From the NCBI RefSeq assembly GCF_018977255.1, contig NW_024704742.1, positions 103,108,001 through 103,172,000 of the forward strand: a DNA stretch of 64,000 bases, read 5' to 3'. Position 1 is the first letter of the stretch, and each line of letters starts with the position of its first letter. Positions 1-13,735 of this stretch are shown one piece after another. The stretch comes from Callorhinchus milii. Lineage: Eukaryota. Under the pieces are notes generated by a model. It saw nothing but the letters and a program-made list of their open reading frames with translations. It was not told where the DNA came from and did not search any database. A program made the translations under genes and the position numbers.

Positions 1-2384
1 GAAATCAGATGTCATTAAGGATGCAACAGATAGTTTTGACAATGAGAAATAAATGTGAGTAGAGAGTAGAAGAAAATTAATCGAGGAATGAAATGTTGTA
101 GAGTTAGAGACTGAATGCAGAGAGAGGAAAGCAGAATCAGAGACTGAATGGAGGGAGATGAGAAAGTAGTTTAGAGACTGAATAGAGAGAAAGGTCAGGA
201 AGTAGACAACCAGATTTCGGTTTGTGCTGCACCATTGTTTTTGAAAAGAGAAGTATTAAACCCTATTTCAAATCTAGGGTTTGCATATTTAATGCATCAA
301 AAAGTGACACATCCCCGGGTGTCTTATTATAGTCAGATCTTCCCCTTAGTCTGATTGATGTCAGAACAAACAAGGGGGAACGATGTTTGGAAAAGTGAGG
401 GGATGAATGGAAACCTGCTTGTCCCTGGCACCCATTTCAATGTTCTATGAAGCTGAGATAAACCCAATGAAGCTTTACACACTGTGTCACCTGCCTCAAT
501 ACCTTGATTTGTATGGTTAATGCAATTGTCACATCACCCTACATGTGAACTACTGTAGTCAAGGGATAGCGTGGGAAGGAGGATAGAAGGGGAAATGCAG
601 TGTAATTATCACATCACGTGTTATTCAAACAGATCTTGACTGCAGAATAAAATCATCCTTCATAGCTGGAGCATAGTAGGGAGATCCCAATCCAAATTCA
701 CATTGTTTCATTCCTGCACCATAATTATATACTGGGTGGAAAAAAATTCACAAGGAATCCAAACCCGGTGTCATTCAAGCAAATGTAGTACTCAAAATGA
801 TAGTCAGGTAATTCACCAACTCTGAACACCTCAACGAAATTGGTCACGACATAAAATAACAAAACAACTTCAATTTCTTTGAGAGATCCAAGCGTGTAAG
901 CGTGATAAAAAGAACGTTGCTGTTTAAATATAGAAGGTTGGAGAAAATCCAATAACAAAAGGAAAGGTTTTCAGCATTTTCAGACATTATTCTATATGCT
1001 AAGTAAATATTTTAGGGTCTTTTCAGCAAGTAGTTTATTTAAAAATTCCATAAATCTTTTCAGATAAATTTGTATTGGTGAATGGTGATGATTCTTAAGC
1101 TCACCGAATGTTTGGGAAATTAATTGGAAAGATGTGGGTATCACTGGGAGAGGCAATGGAAGTCAAGGGAGGCAGTAATGGAGACGCCTACTGCTGCCTC
1201 AAAGAGAAGCCGGTTAATGGTGTCCAACAGTAGAAAAGTTGCTAAGTGACTTCTGAAAATTACTCCCCAATGGGAGTAACCATAGCAATGAGACAGACCT
1301 TTGAAAAACTGATAAAGTACAAAGTAAAAGTAAAAATTAGGACAAGACCCAGAAAAAAAATTAAAAGAAGAGAAAGTTATAAATACTGACTGAAGGGAGA
1401 TAGAAATTGCAGGGTTAGAGTTCCATATTTAGAAAATAATCTCGGTGGAAAAATTGAATTAAAGTTACTTTTGTTAACCCTGGAAAAATGTTGAGCCTTG
1501 CCACCGAGGAGGAAATGTCTGCTTTAAACAGATTAAATAAGAATAATCTTTGTATTTGATATAATACCTCTAATGGCAAAAAGCTTCAAACCACTTCAGA
1601 GTTTTATGCAAAGTGTAGTGACTGTGTATATGAGGGCAAACACTGCAAACAATTTACAGAAAGCAATATCTCACAAATAGCCACCAGGTGAATGACCAAC
1701 CATATGTGGAGGATTGTTTGCCAGGACACCCTGAGGATCATAAAGTTGATCCATTGGAGGGTAAGGAGCCAGTGGAGCCAGGTGGGGGTGTAGGATTGGA
1801 GACATGGAGTCTAGTGCAGAAAGCATATAGGACTTCTATTCTGGATGATCTGGAGGTTGTTGACGGTAGAACTGGAAAAAGCAGACAGTGTAGTGACTAT
1901 TTTGTAGGAAAACAGAGAGTTTAAAGAGAGTTGAGGGTTGAACAAAATGTCAAGGTTCCACATAGGCGCCGGGAGTTGGAGTTGGAGTGAACAAGTAAGG
2001 GTTAATATGTAGGTGCTGATGGGAGCTGAGCAGAATACCTTCAGTTTTGTCGACGTTAAGTTGGAAATATTTACATTTCATCCAGGACTTCATGTCTGAC
2101 AGGGTTTTTGTCAGAACAGTAGTGGTTCTGGAGTTAAGGCAGAAATGTAGAGTTGAGTGTTTCTTTCCAAGGCAGAAGAATCCTAATTTATCTATCATTC
2201 CTTATTGTTCATTTCCAGAGAGAGATCGAGGAGGACAAGGAGGTTAGGAAAGTGTTCTATTGTAAAAGGTGCCATCCTTTGGATGAGATGTTAAACCAAG
2301 GTCTCATCTGCATATTCAAGTGAACGTTAAAGATATCATGATAAAAGAAGTAAGTTTCTCCCAGTGTCCTGGCCAACAATCAGA

Positions 2385-3417
2385 TAAATTTGGCCTCCTC
2401 ATCCTCCTTTACCTCTCTGCTGCCTTCGATACCATTGGCCAATCTATCCTCATCCACTGCCTCTCCTCTCACCTCAACCTTCATGGTTCTGTGCTTGACT
2501 GGTTCAGATCGTACCTCTCACACCATCTCCACTTCATTTCCACAAACAATAAAGCTAACTTTCTTCAGTGAATGTCAACAAGACCGAGGCTCTCCTGATT
2601 GGCTCCCTTCAGCACCTCCATACCTCAGGTGCTGACAGCATCACCATCCAATGGTTGCACACTCCACCTTATTAAGCCAGTCCAGAAGCTTGTTTGACCC
2701 TCAATTATCCTTTCTACCCCACATCTGTGCCATGACTCGCTCTGCCTTCCCTCACCTCCGCAAAATCTCCCGGCTCTGCCACTGTCTCACACCGCAGGCC
2801 GTCAAAACCCTCATACACACATTCATAACATCCAGGCTTGACTATGCAAACTCTCTGCTTGTCGGCCTTTCAAACTCCTCCCTCCATAGGCTGCAGATCA
2901 TCCAGAACTCTGCAGCCCGTGTCCTCTCCCGCACCAGGCTCCGTAATCCCATCACCCCCATCCTCGCCCGACTCCACTGGCTTCCCATCACACAGAGGAT
3001 ACAGTTCAAGATCCTGGTCCTCATCTTCAAAGCCCTCCATGGCCTTGCTTCCCCCTACCTCTGCAACTTCCTAACCCCCTACCATCCTGCTTGCTCCCTC
3101 CACTCAGCGGGCTCCGGCCTGCTTCATGTCCCCCACCTCACCCGCCGCACCATTGGTAGGCGAGCTTAGGCTACTCTGCCCCCACTCTCTGGAACTCCAT
3201 CCTACAGTCCTTCTACCTCGCCCCCTCCCTTGCCTCCTTCAAGACCCATCTCAAGACCTTCCTCTTCAAATGTGCTTTCAACCACGCTCCACTACCCTCC
3301 ACCCGCCCCAATTCTAACCCCCAGCTCGGGTCCGAAACACTAACTGTCCAGCGCCTTGGGACATCCTCCTGATATGAAAGGTGCTGTACAAATGTAATTG
3401 TGTTATTGTTGTTGTTG
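2385..3417 (+). mobile_element. L2 LINE 3' fragment (RT C-terminal region and tail)
   Basis: ORF motifs LSAAFDTI, ITSRLDYANSLL, IQNSAARVL, LHWLP; (TTG)n tail. Confidence 0.92.
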
Positions 3418-4542
3418 TATTCACTTCATGGCTGTTTTAGGACACTGCTTTGCACCAATTGGGTGGCGCATTCATCTACAAATACACAGTTGCTGCACTT
3501 TACAGTATATCCTGTGAATTGTTCTGAGCCACATCAACAATGTAAGTCTCTATATCAAATACAAGAATTGTTATCATTATGAAGTAATATCATTATCCCT
3601 TCATGTTCTTGCACCTTCCTACCTCTCCAACCTGCTTACCGCCCACTCCACCAAGCACTGCCTCCACTTGGTTGGTTCCGGCCTCCTGTTTGTGCTTCGT
3701 GCCTTCCGTTCCACCATCGGTGGCAGTGCCTTCAGCCACTGCTCCCTGAAACTCTGGAATTCTCCAGGGATTCCTCCTCCTTGCCCCTTTTTCGCCATCT
3801 TCAAATCCTACCCAAATACCTTCCTTTTTGATCGTGCTTACGGTCACCTCACCCTCTCCCCCTGGCTCGCTGTCAGACTCCGCCACAGTGAAGCGATCTG
3901 GGACGCTATCCCTCGTGAAGGGCTCTATATAAATGCAAGTTGTTGTTGTTGTATTATATCTGATCTGTTCATGCTGAAGTGTTATAAGAATCTTGGAGCG
4001 TATCATCCAGTTGAAAACTAATGTTTCTTTGTTTGTTGTTGGTTATTTTCCGTATTGCTTCCCTCCTCTTCTGCTTGCTTTGCCAATCCTGGCTGGTAAC
4101 ACTTCTAAAGTTTTGCTCCAATCCCGTGTGGCCCTCACACAGCAGGCTCTGCCCTCAGTCTTTGGGGTGGACAGTACCTGAGTTTCCTGGTCTCATCCTG
4201 TTTTTGCGCCAATTAAAATATTTAATGCTGCTCAAGACTCTCAACCAGAAACCATTCGAAAACAGTAGCTGTGCTAGTGGAACAAAACGATTAGCTAATT
4301 CGGCAGAGAGCAGGATTGACCCTGTAACTTTCTGTCATGTGTGGTTTAATCCTTGGTTTAATCCTGCAGTAGGGTGTTACCTTTACCCACTAGGCCTTGG
4401 AGGGAGTTCCACTGGGATTTTCATAAATTTTAAGCAGTGCATCTATCAGTATAACAGTATCAGTATGTCAGACAGATTTTTTTCCAAATAAAGCCTTCCA
4501 GGCAGATATAATGCTGGCTTGATAACAGAAGGCTTAGATGGC

Positions 4543-4550
4543 TATAAATA
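4543..4550 (+). promoter_or_regulatory. TATA-box-like TATAAATA upstream of a leader-like exon
   Basis: Motif seen about 30 nt before the ATG at 4574. Such motifs arise easily by chance in AT-rich DNA. Confidence 0.25.
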
Positions 4551-4573
4551 GGCATTACTCAAGTTGGTCAGCA

Positions 4574-4630
4574 ATGACTCGCTGAGTCCTACATGCATCA
4601 GTGCTGGCACTTCTGTTATACCTACTTTCA
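4574..4630 (+). pseudogene. Decayed signal-peptide exon (MTR*VLHASVLALLLYLLS)
   Basis: ATG, hydrophobic core, gtgaat donor, one in-frame TGA. Confidence 0.35.
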
Positions 4631-5184
4631 GTGAATTACTTTGATGTGGATATATAAGCAGGGTGCATGGTTTGTTGATAACAGATGTGTGGGAAGGCAA
4701 AATGGTCTGTAATGTTCAGAGACTTAACATCAGACAGATGAATGGCTTGTGGCAAATATCATTGTTGTTGTTACTATAAACCAGATAATTTTTGTGGTAG
4801 ATTTAAATTTGCTGTATTTACGTTATATTGATGCATTCCTGACTGTTTGTCACTGTTTAAATAGTGACACAGTTTTAAATAGTGACACAGTTTTAGATAG
4901 TGACCTCTTATCACTGTATAATAGGTAACAACAACAACTTGCATTTATATAGCACTCCTCATGCTGAGTAGCGTCTCAGAGCGCTTGACAGTGATGGAGC
5001 ATGATGCCAAGCCGCAAGTGGTGGTTGTGGGGGAAGGGTACTGTAAGCATGGTCAAAGACGAAGGTCTTCAGCTGTGATCCGAAGATAGGGAAGGAGGGG
5101 GCAAGGCAGAGGGATTGATAGGCAAGGCGGAAGGATTCTGAATCCACTGTCCATAGGTTACAAAATCAATCTTCATTGAAACAG

Positions 5185-5620
5185 GGAGATATGGAGATAT
5201 TCCTGCTTCCAGTTAACAACAATGTCCCTTATTGTCCTGTGGTACAATATTGTGGGAGTAGTTATCTTGTGATATAGTAATGTGGCAACAGTTTGTACTT
5301 TTAAGTGAGAATCAACATTTTGCAACACTATAGAAATCTCCCGAAGACTAAGATGTCTATAAAGTGTGGACTGACTGTGAGGTTCTGTGGAAAGTGAATA
5401 CATCAGCAGTCAAAGACAAAGTGCAGCCGAATTGGACAGAAATGTCTTCTCTGCCACATATTATTTTCTTCAGTTTTGTGGAAAACAACACACAGAAGAG
5501 GTTCTGTCATTTATTTTGTTTGAAGCAAACTATTTTTGTTCTTTCAACAATGTGTTGGAATCTCTATAGAGCCCGAATTTGACCAAACAAGGGCAAGTTC
5601 CATCTCTTTGACAGCTGCAA
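5185..5620 (+). pseudogene. Decayed Ig V-like exon
   Basis: aaacag acceptor. Fragments across frames: WTDCEVLWKVNT, FSFVENNTQKRF, EANYFC, SSISLTA, in V-domain order. Confidence 0.3.
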
Positions 5621-6330
5621 AATCTGTCATTCAAATACAGTCCTCCCGTGAAATGTTGAGCTGCTTTGATGTTCCATTCACTTCCCGCTTCCCTGTGAGC
5701 AGCAGAATATTCTGTGGTTTGCATCTTCTACGAGCGAATCCTTCAGTTTCAGCATAATCATAATATGTTCTGAAATACGTACTATCATGAAATTGCTGTA
5801 AAATCTGGAGAATAAGAAACTTTCATATTCTCCATATTGCACACATTTTGCAAATATGTCTGAATGACACAATGGAATAAGAAGTCTAAAGAAAAATTCA
5901 CAGCCAATGTAATTGTACAGATGGTTTAAGAATGCCAAACAACAACAAGATTACATTTGTACAGCGCCTTTCACGTCAGGAGGACATCCCAAGGCGCTGG
6001 ACAATGTACAGCATTTCAGACCCGAGCTGGGGTCAGGGAGGGAGAAGGGAGGGGACTGGGGGTGACCGATGGCATGATTCATTTAAATTTGCTGTTTACG
6101 TTATATTGATGCATAACTGACTGTCACTGTTTAAATAGTGACACAGTTTTAAGTAGTGACATAGTTTTAGATAGTGAACTCTTATCACTGTATAATAGGT
6201 AACAACAACAACTTGTATTTATATAGCGCCCCTTATGCAGAGAAGCGTCTCAGAGCACTTACAGTGATGGAGCATGATGCCAAGTTAGCAAGTGGTGTGG
6301 GGAGCTGACCATAAGCATGGTTGAAGAGGA

Positions 6331-7210
6331 ACAACAACAACAACAAGATTCCATTTATAAAGCGCCTTTCACGTCAGGAGGACGTCCCAAGGCGCTGCAC
6401 AGTTGGGTCATGACCCGAGCAGGGGGAAATGGTCAGGGTGAGGGGAGGGAAGGGAGGGAGCGAGGAGGGGGGAACTGGTCAGGGTGAGGGGAGGGAAAGG
6501 AGGGAGCGAGGAGGGGGAAGAGAGTCGAGAGGGGAGCTGAAGGCACGGTCAAAGAGAAAGGTTTTGAGACCGGCCTTGAAGGAGGAGAGGGAGGAAGCGG
6601 CGAAGGCACTGGGGGATGGAGTTCCAGAGCCTGGGGGCTTAGAGGCTGAAGGCCCGACCACCGATGGTAGGGCGGTTGGGGCGGGGGACGTGGAGCAGAC
6701 CGGAGCCGGAGGAACGGAGGGTACGGGCAGGTAGGTAGGGGGATAGTAGGTTGGAGAGGTAGGAGGGAGCAAGGCCGTGGATGGCCTTGTAGGTGAGGAT
6801 GAGGATCTTGAAATCAATCCTCTGGGGGATGGGGAGCCAGTGGAGGCGAACGAGGGTGGGAGTGATGTGGTCCCGAAGCCTGGTGCGGGACAGTACACGA
6901 GCTGCAGAGTTCTGAATGACCTGCAGTGTGGAGGGAGGTGCCGGGAAGGCCGGCGAGGAGAGAGTTCCCGTAGTCCAGCCTTGAGGTGACAAAGGCGTGA
7001 ACCAGGGTTTCAGCAGCGTGAGGGGTGAGGTAATGCCGTAGTCTGGCGATGTTCCGGAGGTGATGGAAGGCGGTGCCAGTTGTGGTGCGGATGTGAGGGA
7101 GAAAGGACAGCTCAGGGTCGAACAAAACACCGAGGTTCCTGACTGGCTTTGAGAGGTGGAGAGTGCAGCCTTGGATGCTGAGGTGGAGAGTGCAGCCTTG
7201 GATGCTGAGG
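6331..7210 (-). mobile_element. Young 5'-truncated L2 LINE with a 27-bp tandem duplication at its 5' end
   Basis: TSRLDYGNSLL and LHWLPIPQRIDFKIL motifs; (CAA)n tail at 6331; near-identical to 47897-48428. Confidence 0.93.
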
Positions 7211-9792
7211 TGTTCAGGTGCAACCTGAAGATAGAGAAGGAGGGGGCAAGGCGGAGGGATTGATAGGACAAGGCGGAAGGATCCTGAATCCACTGTCTAA
7301 AAATTGACTGCAAATTTACAATATTCAGGCCTTACTTGATTAAGTATATTCATTAAACAGTGTAATTACGTTATTCTATTGCAATTTACTAATTGATAGA
7401 GGAAAGGTTTTTACAGGCCCCTTGTCTTGTCACCATGTGTTTATTGACAAATTGTTTTTGCTACAAGATTAGTTGATAAAAACAGTACTTTAAACAGGGC
7501 AGTATTGCATCTCTTGTTCTGCTAATGAATTAGATCCCAACTGCCTGTTCAGGTGGATGTTAAAGATATTATGGCACTATTTGAAAAGAGAAAGTAGTTT
7601 CTCCTTGTGTCCTGGCCAACAGTCCTCCAGAGATAATTGGTCATTCACTTGTAGCTGCTTGTGGGACATTGCTTCTTGCAATTTGGTTTCCAGATTCACC
7701 TACAAATGAACAGTCACTTCACTTTACAGAAACTTTCTGAAGCATTTTAAAATGTTCCGCGTTATGGATACTATACCAAACGGAAGGATTATTATTATTA
7801 CATTGGTATGTGTCAGTTTGTGTAGATGATGTCTGCACATCTTTTTTTACGGCTAGCTTCTCATTCTTTATAGACATTTGCATTTCTGACCATCTGCAAT
7901 AGCGGTCTTTTAGAGCTGCTGGCATTTTGAATCACTGAGCCACATTGTGGCCTATTCCTAGCCTTTGCAAAACATTGTTTCCTTTGGTTAGCAGAGTCCT
8001 TGGTCTCTTGTTAAACCAAAATTGAATGGCTGGGAAACACAAAGCTTCTAGTGCAGTCAGCATGTGACCAATTTGTCATAGACAATCATAATACGTGATA
8101 AAGCACTCTATTACACAATAGTGTAATAATAATAAGCCTGGCATTTGATATAGTGCCTTATTTTCAAGATGTCTCAAAGAGTTTCACAGAATATATTGTT
8201 AAGTGAATTGACTGTATGTTTTGTGGGCGAATCGCAGCAGCCAATTGCACACAGCAGTGTTCCACAAACAGTCGTGGATTGAGTCGTGACTATATTATTA
8301 TTTTTTTTTGAAGAATTATTACCCCCAGAAAAGTGATGCACCAATCAACTAAAAACCGGTTCCTACTTATTGCTTGGTAAACAGATGGATGTGTAAGGAA
8401 ACTTGCCTAAGGTTTTGCCCTGCCCGGGAATTGAACCCCGGTCCTCTCACTTGTGAGTTGCGTGCTCTAACCACTAAACTATAGGACTCCACAAAAAGAG
8501 CAGCAACTTCATATTAGGTTAATAAGATTAACCAGGAGCCAGCCTTTCATCTTTCTACATTATGTACTATAGTCATAATTTATATGCATTACAACATGCA
8601 GTACAAGAAAATATGCCATACAATAAATTCTAATAATCTTTAAAAATATTCCCTAAAACAATTTCAGAATACAGCTCAATACTTTGATGGGAGAATGAGA
8701 GGATGGGTATGCTAGATGAGATCCGGTTCATATTATGGGGAATGTAGCAAAGGTTGTTCAGAAATTAAGGCCATTCACTAATATAAGTAAAACTGACTCC
8801 ACCATTTACCATTGCCAAACATGACCTCTGTGCTCCTCGACCAATCCCTCCTCCTCCACAAATGTGATATATCTGCTGAAACAGCTGCACCCGTCCTTTT
8901 GGCCAGAGGGATCCCAGTTTACAATGACCTCGTGCCACTCTGATTGATACTTTGAATAAGAGCTTTCCACATCATTATGGTTTTAAATAGTATCAGTACA
9001 GAATATGACATAAGTCTTGGCTGTAAATCAGTGTCGCTCTCACAGTTTGATCTTCAACCATATGTGCTTTGATCATTATTTATGGAGGTATGAATACAGC
9101 TTTCCATGTGCAGCAGTCAATATTGATGACTGTTTCTACTCTGAGCATTATTTTACAGACGGCAATCTATAATTCTATTTCCTTTTCTCATGTTTTTAGT
9201 CAAACTATCAGCAAGATAATTGCATGTCTATAGCTCAGAACAATAGCCAGAAATGCATATCAGAAATCATAACACAATAAAATGCCAAACTTGCATTGCA
9301 ATACTGTATGGTGAAAGCCAGAATGATACCTTTGCCAATAACCCGTTCTCTATGCATTTTTGAATTGCATTGCTTTTATTATTGTGAAAACTAAGCCATT
9401 TTATGGAACACATATGACTATTTCATTAACTGAAGAATGTAGATGTAGAGAAACTTCTGTCACACAGAATTCTCATCTTATAAACAAACAACTTTTTATT
9501 GTTTGTCCTTAAACATAAACTGCTATTTTAACAATATATAAAAAAAGGAACAGGAAGAGGCCATTCAACACATCGAGCATGTACTGCCAGTTTATTAGAT
9601 TTGGGCAAATCTTTTAATCTCAATCCCTGCATTTTCATATCCCTTAATGCCACTACTACCCAAGTATTTGTCTAGCCCTATTCATTATGTCTTGAGCCTT
9701 GGATAGACAGAATTTATTGTTGTTGTCTCTATAGTTTTCTAGGCAGAGCATTCCACATATTCACATCTTCACCTTCTGTTTGAACAAAATGA

Positions 9793-10801
9793 ATGCTCCC
9801 CCTTGGTGACGTCATCCGCAGACATGGGGTCAACTTCCACATGTATGCAGATGACACCCAACTCTATCTTTCTGCCTCCACCCTCAACTCCAGGACCACT
9901 GCTGTCCTGACAGACTCCCTGTCAGACATCAAGTCCTGGATGAGGGCAACTTTCCTACAGTTGAATGTGAACAAGACTGAGGCCCTCCTGATTGGCTCGC
10001 GCCAGCGCCTCAGCACCTCAGGCTCTGTCAGCATCAACCTCCATGGTTGCACACTACAACTCACCAGCCAGTCAGGAGCCTGGGTGTCTTGTTCAACCCT
10101 CAACTGTCCTTTCTCCCCCACATTCAAGCCATGACCCACCTCTGCCTTCCCTCATCTCCGTAACATCGCCCGACTCCGCCACTACCTCACCCCTCAGGCC
10201 GCTGAAACTCTTGTTCATACCTTCATCACCTCCAGGCTCGACTATGCAAACTCCCTGCTTGTCAGCCTTCCCAACTCCTCCCTCCACAGGCTGCAGATAA
10301 TCCAGAACTCTGCAGCCCGTGTCCTCTCCCGCACCAAACACCGTGACCCCATCTCCCCCATTCTCGCCCGACTCCACTGGCTCCCTATCCTTCAGAGGAT
10401 CCAGTTCAAGATCCTGATCCTCACATACCAAGCCTTGCCCCATCCTACCTCTGCGACCTCCTAACCCCCTACCAACCTGTCCGTTCCCTCCACTCAGCTG
10501 GCTCCGGCCTGTTCCACATCCCCCGATCCACCCGCCCCACTATTGGCAGGAGAGCCTTCAGCCACTCTGCCCCCAACCTCTGGAAAACCATTCCCCAGTC
10601 ACTCCGCTCGCCCCCTCCTAACCTCCTTCAAGTCCTGCCTCAAGACCTTCCTCTTTGACCATGCCATCGGTCACCCCCCCTTCCCTTCCCCTCCCTTCCC
10701 CCCCTCGACCTCAGCTCGGGTCTGAAATGCTGCACTCTGTCCAGCGCCTTGAGACATCCTCCCGACATGAAAGGCTCTATACAAATGTCATCTTGTTGTT
10801 G
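9793..10801 (+). mobile_element. L2 LINE 3' fragment
   Basis: Catalytic YADDTQLY motif and LQLNVNKTE; 3' tail with (TTG)n. Confidence 0.93.
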
Positions 10802-12409
10802 TATTTTTCGCCCATCTATTTGCCCACTATTTGCCTATGTAATGGATCCCTGTACCAAAGAGTAGCGTCATCCATGACAAGATTATTGACAAGATTCCAT
10901 TTGCTTTAGTCTATTCCAAGCACATACCAAATGACACATTAGACCTGAACAATCCCAACCAAAAGAAAGTGTTCAAGTGCAGCACAAGTCAAGTGCTGTC
11001 CCTTCCAATATTGTCAATCCAATTGCTCTGCTGTTGACCGATATGATTCTGTGTTTCTTAAACAGCCAGCACAGATGCAAAGGACCAATTGGCCTTATTC
11101 TGAGCTGTAAATTTCTGTGGTTTTATGGAGAGCCAGTTACTCCCAAGTTTCTTTCTGAATTCAGTAATAGTGGAATCAACATTATGGTACTGTATTCTTA
11201 ATTCTGTTCTTTGTTTGAGGAACAAGGATAAAATGTGTTTCAAAATATCTTTCCCCTGACTTCTGAATAATGTTATGACTGAGCAATCCAAATAAAACAA
11301 AGCTGAACTGGACCAATGTAAAATGTTGTGCGACTCCATTCAACTGAGTTCATCTGAGTTCCCAGTGAATGAGAGTCCACATCACAGGAGTGTTTAATTC
11401 AAGACTATTTCTCTCAGATGACAAATATGGGAAATAGGAAAAATAATCACAATAGTGCAGTCAGATGTCTTCTAAGATTGGGGGTCAAGAATCCAATAGT
11501 CTCATTGGATTCTTGGCTTCCACAATCAGCCATGAAGTGAAACAATCTCACACAAGATTAACAATTATTCAATCCTGAAGGTAAGTGCCTCATGCTAACT
11601 CACGGTTACTCCACTCTGGCCACTCCAGCACAACCTACATCAGATCATGTGCAATTGGCTGCCGCGTTTCGCCCACAATATACAGTCAATTCACTTTACA
11701 GTCTATTCTGAGAAGCGCTTTGAGACGTCGAGAAGACATGAAAAACATTATATCAAATGCAAGGATTATTGTTTATTATTATTATGTGAAATACAATTCC
11801 TTACATTTAGCATGACGCATTGCTGGTTCATGGCAGGTTTCTACATTTGTAAATCCAGTTGCTATTTTTGTATTTTTTAGCTAATTTTGTAGGCCAATGA
11901 ACAGTAGCTTTAGATCATAATAGTCCTTACATTTGATATACCACCTTGTCATGTTGAAAGGTGTGTATTTATAAACATATACAACATCCAATTTGAGCAA
12001 AGCTATGTCCCACAGTCAGCCATGAAGTGAATTACCTCTCAAGCGAGAGAACTTGGGTTTGATTCCCGGGCAGAGATAAACCTTAGACAAGTTTCCTTAC
12101 TCCACATGCCTCTATTTACCTAGCAGTAAGTAGGAACCCAGTGTTTAGTCGATTGGTGGATCGCTTTCTGGGGGTAATAATCCCTTAAAAAAATAAGAAG
12201 AATTTGATCAATTAATCCACAACTGTTTGTGAGCCACTATTGTGCACAATTGCCTGTCATGATTAGCCCACAAAATATACAGTTAATTCACTTTGCAGTA
12301 AATTTTGTGAAGCGCTTTGAGCCGTCTCAACTTTGTGATAAGGTGCTATATAACTCCTTCCAAAAAAATAAAGTGATACTGTTGTGTCCCACAAAAAGTC
12401 AAAGGGATC

Positions 12410-13735
12410 GTTCAGCTGCCTCTGCTCTTCCAATCACTAACCCCTCCCCATCTCCCCCTCAAACCCCGGCCCCTACCCATCCCTCCCTCCATACCTTCGA
12501 ACCTGACTCCCCCTCCTCTCTCATCACCACCATAACTCACATGAAACCAACCATCTGCTCCCTCGACCCCATCCCTACCTTTCTCCTTAACTCCTAGCAC
12601 CACCTCCTTGCCCCCCTACTCACAGACATGATAAACCTGTCCCTGTCCACTGACACCAGTCCCACCCCTCTAAAAATGGCTGTCATCACTCCTATCCTTA
12701 AAAAATCCTCCCTGGACCCATTCCTGCTCTCAAACTACCACCTCATCTCCAACCTCACTTGCCTTTCCAAGGTCCTGGAACAAGTTATTGCTTCCCAGCT
12801 TCACTCCTTCTTCTCCCGCCACTCCCTTCACAAACCCCTCCAATTGGGTTTTCATGCCACCCACAGCACAGAAACAGCTTTGGTCAAAATGACAAATGAC
12901 ATTTTGTCCATCTGCAACCAGGGCTCCCTCTGTCTCCTCGTCCTCCTTGATCTCTCTGCTGCCTTTGATATCGGTGACCACTCTATTGTCCTCCACCGCT
13001 TCTCTCTCACCTCAACCTTCATGGTTCTGTCCTTGAATATTTCAGATCCAACCTCTCGCACAGGCTCCACTTCATCTCCTCAAACAGCTTTTCCTCTAGC
13101 TCCTGCACCATCTTGTGTGGAGTTCCTCAGGGCTCTGTTCTTGGTCCCCTCCTTTTAAATATCTATATGCTCCCACTTAGTGACATCATCCACAGACACG
13201 GGATCAATTTCCATATGCATGCAGATGACACCCAACTCTATCTCTCTGCCTCCACCCTTGACTCCACACTTGACTGTCAGACATCAAGTCCTCGATGAGA
13301 GCTAACTTTCTACAATTGAACATCAACAAGACCGACGCTTTCCTGATTGGCAGTCGTCAGCGCCTCCACACCTCAGGCACTGACAGCATCACCATCCAAG
13401 GATGCACACTCCACCTTACTAAGCCAGTCCTGAACCAGTCTATTCCAAGGTGTAGGTGTAAACCATTGGCCTTCTGCCACTCTGCTCCCAGCTTATGGAA
13501 CTCCATCCCGTAGTCCTTCTGCCTTGCCCCTTCCCTTGCCTCCTTCAAGACCTGTAACAAGAACCCCCCTCTCCTTCTTTGACCGTGCCTTCAGTTACCC
13601 TTGTTCCCCCCCCCAGCCTCCACCCTCCCCGATCCCGATCCCCAGATCGGGTCTGAAACACTGATTGTCCAGCACCTTGGGATGTCCTCCCGATGTGAAA
13701 GGCGCTATACAAATGTAATTTTTTGTTGTTGTTAT
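12410..13735 (+). mobile_element. L2 LINE RT fragment with an internal deletion
   Basis: LDPIPT, HSTETALVK, LLDLSAAFD, GVPQGSVLGPLL and HADDTQLY motifs; tail at about 13735. Confidence 0.93.

Noticed and set aside
632..808. Possible transmembrane exon (..CTIIIYWVEKN..SQ/gtaatt) of an upstream receptor copy
   Set aside because: Needs frameshifts and the hydrophobic run is short; not supportable on its own.
2651..3169. 172-aa ORF and similar ORFs (6639-7313, 12628-13158, 43652-44080) as host genes
   Set aside because: They are L2 reverse-transcriptase fragments.
4021..4491. 156-aa ORF ending in ...IYQYNSISMSDRFFSK
   Set aside because: No recognisable family; the YNSI match to the 45550 exon is too short to count.
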